A DNA stretch of 31,583 bases, taken from IMG/VR virus record IMGVR_UViG_2802429219_000016. One strand, given 5' to 3'. The translations under genes were made by a program, and so were the position numbers. The notes under the pieces are model-generated. The model saw only the letters and a program-made list of their open reading frames with translations, was not told the origin of the DNA and searched no databases. Positions 1 to 8,522 of this stretch are shown here, piece after piece; position 1 is the stretch's first letter, and each line of letters starts with the position of its first letter. Origin of the DNA: a virus (Duplodnaviria; Heunggongvirae; Uroviricota; Caudoviricetes).

Positions 1-525
1 TTATACAGCTTTCTTTACATCGTTTTCTCTTACAGGGAAATTATGTTCTTTGCCTTCATACTGAGACAAAATCTCTCTCACTTTTTCCGGTGGTAATGCC
101 TGAAGAGTTTGCAGGGTTTTCTGTTGCTCCACAGTAATCCCTAATGCCTCTAATGCCTTATCTTTACTGACAATTGTAGGCATAAGTCCTTTAATCCCTG
201 CTACACGAATGATCTCCACAGCTGCGGCCTGCTCATCTGGTGTTAAGAAGCTCATTGCATAAATTAGCCTCTCATCAACTGTATGGGCGATTGATGTATG
301 CACTGGTTTATCAGAAAGTGAGGCTCCTTTAATGGCCCTGCGTGTTTCTTCTGGCAGACTGTTGATGTGATACTCATAAGCGACACCTTTCCCACCGTGA
401 CGCTGACGTTTTACCCAATCTTCCGCCACAGCTTTCCTGGTAATGTTAGTCGCCAACTTTGGTACACCAGGCATCCCTTCCAGCTCTTTCGCATTAAACC
501 ATTCTTTGATTTCAAAAGACATCAT
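1..525 (-). CDS. c: Mu c-like lysogeny repressor (174 aa)
   Basis: Leftward ORF divergent from ner-A-B. N-terminus ([26 protein letters not shown]) is paralogous to the N-terminus of the transposase at 940 ([26 protein letters not shown]), as in Mu c/MuA. Stop codon is at window position 1-3. Confidence 0.8.
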   Translation of the reverse strand: MMSFEIKEWFNAKELEGMPGVPKLATNITRKAVAEDWVKRQRHGGKGVAYEYHINSLPEETRRAIKGASLSDKPVHTSIAHTVDERLIYAMSFLTPDEQAAAVEIIRVAGIKGLMPTIVSKDKALEALGITVEQQKTLQTLQALPPEKVREILSQYEGKEHNFPVRENDVKKAV

Positions 526-710
526 TTAAAATCCTAGTGATTTCAATAGAGACAAAATAAATTCATATAAAAATCATGCCGTTATATGAAATCACGGCAA
601 ATCCTTTCAAATCACTGTTGATTTGGAAGTGATTCCACACTACATTGCACGATATGCCGTGAGCTACTTTATAGAGTAGCTCACGGGGGAATCTGAAAGG
701 ATTACATGAA
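526..710. promoter_or_regulatory. Divergent early promoter/operator region between c and ner
   Basis: AT-rich 185-bp gap between divergent genes. Four AGTGATTTCA-like motifs (538-546, 587-595 rc, 608-616 rc, 629-637) and a perfect 11-bp-arm inverted repeat at 658-685. ner RBS GAAAGGA at 695-701. Confidence 0.5.
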
Positions 711-932
711 ATGCATATGAATAAAAGAACTAACCGCCAAGATTGGCACAGAGCTGACATCGTTGCAGAGCTACGAAAACGCAATATGTCACTAGCTGAA
801 TTGGGAAGATCTAATCATCTTTCGTCTTCAACATTAAAAAATGCTTTGGATAAGAGATATCCGAAAGCGGAGAAAATCATTGCAGATGCACTGGGAATGA
901 CACCGCAAGATATTTGGCCGTCTCGATACTAG
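711..932 (+). CDS. ner: Ner-like DNA-binding early regulator (73 aa)
   Basis: Size and position match Mu ner; sequence [14 protein letters not shown]...LAELGR...STL.NAL...PK.E.IIA.ALG..P..IWPSRY fits the Ner/Nlp family. RBS 9 nt upstream. Confidence 0.85.
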
Positions 933-939
933 GTGCGCT

Positions 940-2928
940 ATGAAAGAATGGTATACAGCAAAAGAGTTGCTCGGTTTGGCAGGTTTACCAAAGCAAGCCA
1001 CTAACATTACACGTAAGGCACAAAGAGAAGGCTGGGAGTTCAGGCAGGTTGCAGGGACTAAAGGTGTATCATTTGAATTCAATATCAAATCATTCCCTGT
1101 CGCATTACGTGCTGAAATTCTGTTGCAACAAGGGAGAATTGAAACCAGTCAGGGGTATTTTGAAATCGCCCGCCCCACGCTGGAAGCCCACGATTACGAT
1201 CGCGGGACACTGTGGAGCAAATGGGATAACGCCAGCGATTCCCAGCGCAGACTTGCTGAAAAATGGTTGCCTGCGGTTCAGGCTGCAGACGAAATGCTGA
1301 ACCAGGGGATTTCAACGAAAACGGCTTTTGCGACCGTTGCAGGGCATTACCAGGTCAGCGCATCCACTTTGCGGGACAAGTATTACCAGGTACAGAAGTT
1401 TGCGAAGCCTGACTGGGCGGCTGCACTTGTTGATGGACGTGGTGCATCCCGTCGCAATGTTTACAAAAGTGAATTTGACGAGGATGCCTGGCAGTTTCTG
1501 ATTGCAGATTATCTGCGACCGGAAAAACCCGCCTTCCGCAAATGTTATGAGCGTCTGGAACTGGCAGCACGCGAGCATGGCTGGTGTATTCCCTCCCGCG
1601 CCACGGCCTTTCGCCGGATTCAGCAACTGGACGAGGCAATGGTTGTTGCCTGTCGTGAAGGTGAACATGCACTGATGCATCTGATACCGGCACAGCAGCG
1701 AACTGTGGAACACCTGGACGCCATGCAGTGGATCAACGGCGACGGTTATCTGCATAACGTCTTTGTACGCTGGTTTAACGGTGATGTGATCCGCCCGAAA
1801 ACATGGTTCTGGCAGGATGTGAAAACCCGAAAAATTTTGGGCTGGCGCTGCGATGTGAGCGAGAACATTGATTCAATTCGCCTCTCGTTCATGGATGTTG
1901 TGACTCGCTACGGTATCCCGGAGGATTTTCACATCACCATTGATAACACCCGTGGTGCAGCGAATAAATGGCTGACGGGGGGCGCGCCCAATCGTTACCG
2001 CTTTAAGGTGAAAGAGGACGATCCAAAGGGACTGTTTTTACTGATGGGCGCAAAAATGCACTGGACAAGCGTTGTTGCCGGTAAAGGCTGGGGCCAGGCA
2101 AAACCTGTTGAACGTGCTTTCGGTGTTGGTGGGCTTGAGGAATACGTTGATAAGCATCCGGCACTGGCTGGCGCATATACGGGGCCAAATCCGCAGGCAA
2201 AACCTGATAACTATGGCGACCGTGCTGTTGATGCAGAGCTGTTTCTGAAAACCCTTGCTGAAGGTGTTGCGATGTTCAATGCCAGAACAGGCCGTGAAAC
2301 AGAAATGTGCGGGGGCAAACTCTCGTTCGATGATGTTTTCGAGCGTGAATACGCCAGAACGATTGTGCGTAAGCCAACCGAAGAACAAAAACGGATGCTG
2401 TTACTGCCTGCTGAGGCGGTGAACGTTTCACGCAAAGGCGAGTTTACGCTAAAAGTTGGCGGCTCCCTAAAAGGCGCAAAAAACGTTTATTACAACATGG
2501 CGTTAATGAATGCCGGCGTGAAAAAAGTTGTGGTCAGGTTTGATCCGCAGCAGCTACACAGCACGGTTTATTGTTACACCCTGGACGGTCGATTTATCTG
2601 TGAAGCGGAATGTCTGGCACCTGTTGCATTTAATGATGCTGCGGCAGGCCGTGAATATCGCCGCCGCCAGAAACAACTGAAATCTGCAACTAAAGCAGCC
2701 ATTAAGGCGCAGAAACAAATGGACGCGCTGGAAGTTGCTGAACTGCTGCCGCAGATAGCCGAACCAGCAGCACCAGAATCAAGGGTTGTTGGTATTTTCC
2801 GGCCTGTGGGTAACACAGTACGGGTTAAATATCGCACCCCCGATGATAAATACGAACCCGCTCGTGATGAATATCTGAATCAGTCACTGGATATTCTGGA
2901 ACAGAAAAGACGTAAAAAAGCCATTTAA
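940..2928 (+). CDS. A: Mu-type DDE transposase A (662 aa)
   Basis: Length close to MuA (663 aa); N-terminal domain shared with the repressor; NGDGY and ITIDNTRG-type catalytic-core motifs; directly follows ner as in Mu. Confidence 0.9.
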
Positions 2929-2966
2929 TTAACGTTTAAACAAAATTTAATTACGAGGTTATTTAG

Positions 2967-3926
2967 ATGAATATTTCCGATATTCGCGCAGGACTGCGCA
3001 CGCTTGTAGACAATGGAGAAACCACGCTGACACGCATCGCCAGTGAATCAGGCGTGGCCCTGAGCACAGTCAGTGGTTTTGTGAATGATAAATATAACGG
3101 CAACATGGAATCAGTCGGGCGCACACTGGAACGCTGGCTGGAAAACTATCACCGCGCAGAAGAACTGCCGGAACCCCCGCGTTTTGTGGAAACTGCAACA
3201 GCCCGTCAAATCTGGACAAGTATGCGTTTTGCTAATCTGACCGGAACCATTGCTGTTATCTGTGGCAATCCAGGAGTGGGTAAAAGCGAAGCAGCCCGTG
3301 AATTTTGTCGCACTAATAATAATGTCTGGATGATCACCATCGCGCCATCCCGTGCCAGTACGCTGGAATGTCTGACTGAACTTGCCGAAGAGTTGGGAAT
3401 GAATAATGCACCATGTCGCAAAGGGCCGCTTTCCCGTAATCTGCGTCGCCGCCTGAAAGGGACGCAGGGACTGGTCATTGTTGACGAAGCTGATCACCTT
3501 GACACCGAAGCGCTGGAAGAGCTCCGTCTGTTACAGGAGTCCGCCTGTATTGGTCTGGTTCTGATGGGGAATCACCGTGTTTATTCAAATATGACCGCTA
3601 ATGGCGACAGAACAATTGAGTTTGCCCGTCTGTTTTCCCGTATTGCAAAGCGCACAGCAATTAATAAAACCAAAGAAGACGATGTAAACGCAATTGCGGA
3701 TGCCTGGCAGATTACCGGGAAAAATGAACGGGAATTATTACAGCAGATTGCACAAACGCCTGGTGCGCTCCGCATTATGAATCAAACGCTGCGCCTTGCT
3801 GTTATGAATGCCTTCGGTAAAGGCGAACGTGTTAATGAGGATTATCTGCGTGAGGCTTACAAAGAGTTAGACCAGGACGTTGATGTTTCGATGCTGCTGG
3901 GTGTGCAAGGGGATGCTGAATCATGA
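2967..3926 (+). CDS. B: Mu B-like transposition ATPase / target DNA activator (319 aa)
   Basis: Walker A GNPGVGKS and Walker B LVIVDEAD; N-terminal HTH-like region; position after A. Confidence 0.9.
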   Translation: MNISDIRAGLRTLVDNGETTLTRIASESGVALSTVSGFVNDKYNGNMESVGRTLERWLENYHRAEELPEPPRFVETATARQIWTSMRFANLTGTIAVICGNPGVGKSEAAREFCRTNNNVWMITIAPSRASTLECLTELAEELGMNNAPCRKGPLSRNLRRRLKGTQGLVIVDEADHLDTEALEELRLLQESACIGLVLMGNHRVYSNMTANGDRTIEFARLFSRIAKRTAINKTKEDDVNAIADAWQITGKNERELLQQIAQTPGALRIMNQTLRLAVMNAFGKGERVNEDYLREAYKELDQDVDVSMLLGVQGDAES

Positions 3927-4150
3927 TGTCACGGAATATCAAAATGGCAACGGAAGTAAAGACCTGGTTACAGGAGCGCGGCAGCCACGTCAACGAATCC
4001 TGGCTGGGCGTGGCCCGCCCGGTGCTTGAAATAACCTGCCCACCACCGGAGCTTGTCAGGAATGCTGTCAGGATTATGGAGCATAAATCCGGGGTTGCCC
4101 GTTCAGTATGGACGGCCCGTCTTAATGGTTGTCAGATTATCTGGCGTTAA
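3923..4150 (+). CDS. Small early protein at the Mu kil position (75 aa); function not recognised
   Basis: ATG overlaps B stop (ATGA); synteny with Mu kil only, no recognised motif. Confidence 0.4.
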   Translation: MMSRNIKMATEVKTWLQERGSHVNESWLGVARPVLEITCPPPELVRNAVRIMEHKSGVARSVWTARLNGCQIIWR

Positions 4151-4182
4151 TAACGGCTTATTTATTTGTGAGGAATAACAAA

Positions 4183-4446
4183 ATGGCAAAAGTCATTATC
4201 GAAATCAAAAATGTGACATCTGAAGTTAAAGGGCAGCATTTACGCACCAATGTTAACGTGGACCACAGTGCAGAACTGGATGGTGATGAATACACGCTTG
4301 CTGGTGCGATAGCGTTACTGGTTCTGGAAAAAAGCCGGGATATCGTTCGCGAGTCAGCCCATGAGGCCATTGAAATACTGAAAAATGACGGCGTCATCAC
4401 GGGTGGCGATGTCACAGAAACGACAGTTGAAGGAACACGTCACTGA
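4183..4446 (+). CDS. Hypothetical early protein (87 aa)
   Basis: ATG 4183 preceded by GAGGAA RBS; in-frame track ORF from 4129 uses a TTG and is less likely. Acidic small protein, no recognised domain. Confidence 0.4.
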   Translation: MAKVIIEIKNVTSEVKGQHLRTNVNVDHSAELDGDEYTLAGAIALLVLEKSRDIVRESAHEAIEILKNDGVITGGDVTETTVEGTRH

Positions 4447-4460
4447 AAGGAACGCTGACA

Positions 4461-4814
4461 ATGAACACCAGAATCAGAAACGAAATTCAGGCATTAATTC
4501 GAATTAAAATGCGTAATAACAATCCAGGAGAATTACGCGAGTTTATTTTCACCCGCAAAGTTTATGAGCATGGTGAAACTACTTATCTGATTACATTTGA
4601 CCATTACAGCATTTGTGCGCGTTATTGTGGCGAAAACATCTCTAATGCCATCACGTTTGGCGGTGCGTTTAACGAGGATTTATGGGAATACGTCATGGAC
4701 CGCGAATACATCAGCGCGTCAGACCCGGACGCACGGGAGCAGTGGCAGAATATCTGGCGCGATTACCGGCGAATGGCGAAAGGCTGGGCGCAGGGAACGT
4801 ATTCTTTGCCCTGA
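4461..4814 (+). CDS. Hypothetical early protein (117 aa)
   Basis: ORF with AAAGGA RBS 9 nt upstream; no recognised domain. Confidence 0.45.
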   Translation: MNTRIRNEIQALIRIKMRNNNPGELREFIFTRKVYEHGETTYLITFDHYSICARYCGENISNAITFGGAFNEDLWEYVMDREYISASDPDAREQWQNIWRDYRRMAKGWAQGTYSLP

Positions 4815-4887
4815 AAGCGGTTCAGTTATCGCTGCGGCATATTCCGGCATCACTGCGCGCCCCCTGTTGTACTGAGTGGTGACCGGA

Positions 4888-5175
4888 ATGATGTGTAAGC
4901 GTAAACGCTGGTCACGCGAAGACCGGGAATTTATCGAAGCCAGTGTCGGGAAAATGACCGTCGAGGAAATGGCGAAAAAACTGAACGTTGCCACAACTGC
5001 CCTCCGGGCACACGCCAGAAGGCACGGAATATCGTTGTGTGCATATCGAATCAGTGAGCACGACAAATATTTGTGTCGTGAACTTTATAAAGAAGGGGTG
5101 GCTATTCATGTGATAGCCCAAAAGATGGAATTAAGCAATCGTGCTGTATCCAGCATTGTATACAGCGAATATTAA
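4888..5175 (+). CDS. Putative DNA-binding protein with two tandem HTH-like segments (95 aa)
   Basis: Segments MTVEEMAKKLNVATTALRAHARRHGI and VAIHVIAQKMELSNRAVSSIVY look like helix-turn-helix units; ATG 4888 chosen over track GTG 4876. Confidence 0.4.
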   Translation: MMCKRKRWSREDREFIEASVGKMTVEEMAKKLNVATTALRAHARRHGISLCAYRISEHDKYLCRELYKEGVAIHVIAQKMELSNRAVSSIVYSEY

Positions 5176-5195
5176 TTAACAGGAGCTTTATTTAT

Positions 5196-5720
5196 ATGGC
5201 TAAACCAGCAAAACGAATCAAGAACGCCGCAGCGGCTTATGTTCCACAATCCCGCGATGCCGTGGTATGTGATATCCGCCGGATTGGGGACCTGCAACGC
5301 GAAGCGGCACGACTTGAAACAGAAATGAATGACGCTATCGCTGAGATTACGGAGAAATATGCCTCACAGATTGCGCCCCTTAAAACCAGTATCGAAACCC
5401 TTTCAAAAGGCGTTCAGGGATGGTGTGAAGCGAACCGTGACGAACTGACGAACGGCGGCAAGGTGAAGACGGCAAACCTGGTAACCGGCGATGTGTCATG
5501 GCGTCAGCGCCCACCATCGGTAAGTATTCGCGGTGTGGATGCGGTGATGGAAACACTGGAGCGTCTTGGCCTGCAACGCTTTATTCGCACGAAACAGGAA
5601 ATCAACAAGGAAGCGATTTTACTGGAACCGAAAGCAGTTGCGGGTGTTGCCGGAATTACGGTTAAGTCTGGAATTGAAGATTTTTCTATTATTCCGTTTG
5701 AACAGGAAGCTGGTATTTAA
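5196..5720 (+). CDS. gam: Gam host-nuclease inhibitor / DNA-end binding protein (174 aa)
   Basis: Near full-length match to Mu Gam as I recall it (MAKPAKRIK.AAAAYVPQ.RDAV...IGDLQREA.RLETEMNDAIAEITEK...WCEANRDELTNGGKVKTANLVTGDVSWR); AGGAG RBS at 5181. Confidence 0.9.
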   Translation: MAKPAKRIKNAAAAYVPQSRDAVVCDIRRIGDLQREAARLETEMNDAIAEITEKYASQIAPLKTSIETLSKGVQGWCEANRDELTNGGKVKTANLVTGDVSWRQRPPSVSIRGVDAVMETLERLGLQRFIRTKQEINKEAILLEPKAVAGVAGITVKSGIEDFSIIPFEQEAGI

Positions 5721-5818
5721 CACCACTACGAATATTTAATTAATTCCCTTTCTTTTAATTATGGCGCGATGCGTCAGGGGATTGCTCGCGCCTGAAACAG
5801 ACTACTAAGGAATAAAAA

Positions 5819-6361
5819 ATGGTTGATGCAAAAGTTCTGAACGGTGTCAGCACATTATTACGCACTTACGGGCGTCTGACCTGTGGCGTTCTGGCTGAAA
5901 AAATGAAGATGCCACCTTCCTCAATGGTGTATTTCCTGCGTGATGCGGTTGATGCCGGAGTTCTCACTGAATGTAACGGATTTTATGACGTTCCGCGCCC
6001 TCGTCCGACGCCGCCGGTAAGACGAAACGCAACAACGGAACACCCCGATGTTGATGATGCTCAATGGTGCGCGTTCCGCCGCTCTTTGCCCTGGCTGGAA
6101 GGCAACGCCATTCCGGCACTGGCAAAAGAATTTGCGACAGGCGTACTGACCTGCGAGTCGGTTTACATTGTTGCTGAAGTGGATGACGAGATGTGCAAAC
6201 AGGGGATGCCCCGTTTTGTGATGGCTTATATCGATATCCGGCTGGGTCGTTTTATTTGTGGCTCCAGTGGCTGGAATATCACCGACCACGTCCTGCGCTA
6301 TCTCATTCTTGATTATTCACCGGTTCCGGCGGAAACACAGGAAATCAGCGAGCATGATTAA
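5819..6361 (+). CDS. Hypothetical protein, possible N-terminal winged-HTH (180 aa)
   Basis: ORF with AAGGA RBS; N-terminal LLRTYGRLTCGVLAEKMKMPPSSMVYFLRDAVDAGVL resembles a wHTH; rest unrecognised. Confidence 0.45.
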   Translation: MVDAKVLNGVSTLLRTYGRLTCGVLAEKMKMPPSSMVYFLRDAVDAGVLTECNGFYDVPRPRPTPPVRRNATTEHPDVDDAQWCAFRRSLPWLEGNAIPALAKEFATGVLTCESVYIVAEVDDEMCKQGMPRFVMAYIDIRLGRFICGSSGWNITDHVLRYLILDYSPVPAETQEISEHD

Positions 6362-6551
6362 GTCAATTGGCTTTGTCCTGCTGGTTGGCACTTGCGGGAA
6401 TGATGCCTGTGATGCCATTCCGGTAACAGAAAAAATCTGGCCCACAGAGCAGGCATGTATGCAGGTGATGGAGCGCATACAAAAACGTTATCCCAGTGAA
6501 ATCTTTTATTGCGAAGAGGTATTAAGAAATGAAAATACAGATGATTACTGA
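6354..6551 (+). CDS. Small Cys-containing protein with N-terminal hydrophobic signal/anchor (65 aa)
   Basis: MIKSIGFVLLVGTCGNDAC...: hydrophobic N-terminus followed by Cys (lipobox-like but non-canonical); four Cys in mature part; ATG overlaps upstream stop. Confidence 0.4.
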   Translation: MIKSIGFVLLVGTCGNDACDAIPVTEKIWPTEQACMQVMERIQKRYPSEIFYCEEVLRNENTDDY

Positions 6552-6864
6552 TGCTGATTTAATGGCTGCAACCTTAATTTCCAGTGGCATGTCAGAACAA
6601 AAGGTAAATGATTTCCTGGATAATGTCGTATACCAGCACTATGAGCAGGCCAGAGAAAATTTAATTTCAGAAAAGCGCACGATGATTGCTGAATCATTAA
6701 GCCCTGCATGGATTATCGAAGAGTTGCGGGGAATCATTGCCAGTCAGGATAAAGTGGCGGCAGTTGCCGCCCTCGATGTGCTACAGCGAATGAGTAAAGA
6801 GTTATTCAACACTGAATTAATTTTTAAATCCGGGGGACATAATGAGCCGCACATCCCTGATTAA
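6529..6864 (+). CDS. Hypothetical early protein (111 aa)
   Basis: ORF with GAGG RBS; no recognised domain. Confidence 0.45.
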   Translation: MKIQMITDADLMAATLISSGMSEQKVNDFLDNVVYQHYEQARENLISEKRTMIAESLSPAWIIEELRGIIASQDKVAAVAALDVLQRMSKELFNTELIFKSGGHNEPHIPD

Positions 6865-7393
6865 ATTAATTCATGTTGCCCGTCGGGAGTTGCAACTCGA
6901 CGATGACACTTACCGAGCTTTTCTGGTGCAGTGCACGGGCAAAACCAGTTGCCGCGAGCTGTCCGTTGCACAACTGGAACAGGTGCTCGATGCCATGAAA
7001 GAGCGCGGTTTTAAAAAGCAGAAAAAACATCCCCGCCGTCGCTTTAAGGGGCATGTCACACCACGCGAGAAGATTTACAAAATCTGGCAGCAGATGTTTC
7101 TTGACGGTTTCGTCTCCGATATCAGCGACGCTGCGCTGGACAAATACGTTGAGCGCCTGACAGCCAGACGTAATGGCGGACAGGGTGTTTCCACGCTGGC
7201 ATGGTGTCACGGGGAATCGTTGCAGATTGTGCTCGAAACGCTCAAACAGTGGCATATGCGCTGCATCCGGGAAGCCTTTGCCCGACATGGCGTGCCTTTA
7301 CCTGTGAGCGAAACCGGGCGGGAGCTGCGCGGCTATGATGCACTGACCAGTGCATATGCCCGCGCACGAAACAGCGGGAGAATTGCTGTATGA
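6842..7393 (+). CDS. gemA: GemA-like (Mu gp16 family) protein (183 aa)
   Basis: Position immediately upstream of and overlapping mor; size and basic composition consistent with Mu GemA/gp16 family (recollection). Confidence 0.65.
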   Translation: MSRTSLIKLIHVARRELQLDDDTYRAFLVQCTGKTSCRELSVAQLEQVLDAMKERGFKKQKKHPRRRFKGHVTPREKIYKIWQQMFLDGFVSDISDAALDKYVERLTARRNGGQGVSTLAWCHGESLQIVLETLKQWHMRCIREAFARHGVPLPVSETGRELRGYDALTSAYARARNSGRIAV

Positions 7394-7839
7394 AACAGAT
7401 GAAAGAGCAGGATTTGTTCGAAGACCTTCGGGACGACAGCGTTCTGGAATATCTTCATGATTACCAGGAAAACACCGCTTATCCGGCGTTACTTTCTGAA
7501 CTGAACGCACTGCTGCGTAAAGAGCTGGCCCGGATTGGAGCAGACCCTGCCCATTCCCTTGAGCTGGTTGTGGCGATTTGTCGCCATATCGGCGGGATGC
7601 AGGTTTATGTTCCGAGGGGGAATATTCTGGAGAATCTTGTCCGGGATATGCGTATCTGGCGTGATTTTAACGGCCATAATATTCCTGAACTGGTTCAGCG
7701 TTACGGGGTGACGTATAAAACCGTCTACAAGGCCATCAAACGGATGCGACGTCTGGAGCGTAATAAATACCAGCCGGATTTGTTTTACCCCTCCCCGAAC
7801 CTGCCTCACCCCGTTCGTCGCCCACCACGACGCCCTTAA
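7390..7839 (+). CDS. mor: Mor/C-family transcription activator (149 aa)
   Basis: DLFEDLRDDSVLEYL...ALLSELN.LLR.ELARIGADPAHSLELVVAICRHIGGMQVYVPRG...RDMRIW.DFNG.N..EL..RYGVTYKTVYKAIKRMRRL closely parallels Mu Mor including the C-terminal HTH. Confidence 0.8.
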   Translation: MKQMKEQDLFEDLRDDSVLEYLHDYQENTAYPALLSELNALLRKELARIGADPAHSLELVVAICRHIGGMQVYVPRGNILENLVRDMRIWRDFNGHNIPELVQRYGVTYKTVYKAIKRMRRLERNKYQPDLFYPSPNLPHPVRRPPRRP

Positions 7840-7844
7840 TCAAT

Positions 7845-7869
7845 GAAGCCGGTAAATCCGGCTTTTTTT
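7845..7869 (+). terminator. Intrinsic terminator-like hairpin plus T7 run downstream of mor
   Basis: GAAGCCGG-TAAAT-CCGGCTTTTTTT: 6-8 bp GC stem, 5-nt loop, seven T. Part of a 40-bp element repeated at 15561-15600. Confidence 0.5.
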
Positions 7870-7924
7870 ATGCCTCCGGCACCATGAAGCAGACCACGTT
7901 TAAATCTGCTTCACAGGTGCTTTT

Positions 7925-8521
7925 ATGGAAAATCAAAAATTCTCCCCGGCCTTTGAACATGCGCTGAATTTTATTCTGCGTCCTGATATCGAAGGCGGCT
8001 ATGTCAATGACCCCACTGACAGCGGCGGCGAAACAAAATACGGCATTTCTGACCGCCGCGACGGTGTGATTGACGGCAAAACCGATGTCAACGGCGACGG
8101 CAAACCGGATACCCGCATTAAGGATTTGACCCGCGAACAGGTTGCGCAGATTTACTGGCGCGATTACTGGCTGCTTGCCGGGTGTGATCAGTGGCCTGAT
8201 GGTGTGGCGCTCTTTGTGTTTGATGCGGCTGTTCAGCATGGCGTGGAGCAAGCCGTCAAGTTTTTACAGGAAGCCGCTGATGTGTCTGCCGATGGCATCA
8301 TCGGCCCGCGTACCCGCAAGGCTGTGAGCCTGTCCACCCCGGACTGGCTGCTGTCCCGCTGCATTGTTCGCCGTTGCCGCTTTTATGCGGGCCTCATCAA
8401 ATCAAAACCCGCTCGTGGCAAATACCTGAACGGCTGGTTTAACCGCATGGAAGAACTGACCGACGCCTGTCTGGAAATTATCGATACCCCTCTGGGCATC
8501 ATGTCCGCCACGCGGGGGTGA
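7925..8521 (+). CDS. Endolysin, GH108-type lysozyme with C-terminal peptidoglycan-binding region (198 aa)
   Basis: EGGYVNDPTDSGGETKYGIS catalytic motif typical of GH108; C-terminal ADGIIGPRTRKAV fits PG-binding domain; no N-terminal TM segment, so apparently not a SAR endolysin. Confidence 0.75.
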   Translation: MENQKFSPAFEHALNFILRPDIEGGYVNDPTDSGGETKYGISDRRDGVIDGKTDVNGDGKPDTRIKDLTREQVAQIYWRDYWLLAGCDQWPDGVALFVFDAAVQHGVEQAVKFLQEAADVSADGIIGPRTRKAVSLSTPDWLLSRCIVRRCRFYAGLIKSKPARGKYLNGWFNRMEELTDACLEIIDTPLGIMSATRG

Positions 8522-8522
8522 T

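Noticed and set aside
940-3926. A/B interpreted as an independent insertion sequence or transposon
   Set aside because: The A and B genes sit in canonical Mu order next to c and ner and upstream of a full set of phage structural genes, so this is the phage replicative transposition module, not a separate IS.
6258-6551. Long form (97 aa) of the small Cys-containing ORF
   Set aside because: The N-terminal extension lies inside the preceding gene; ATG 6354 overlapping the upstream stop fits translational coupling better.
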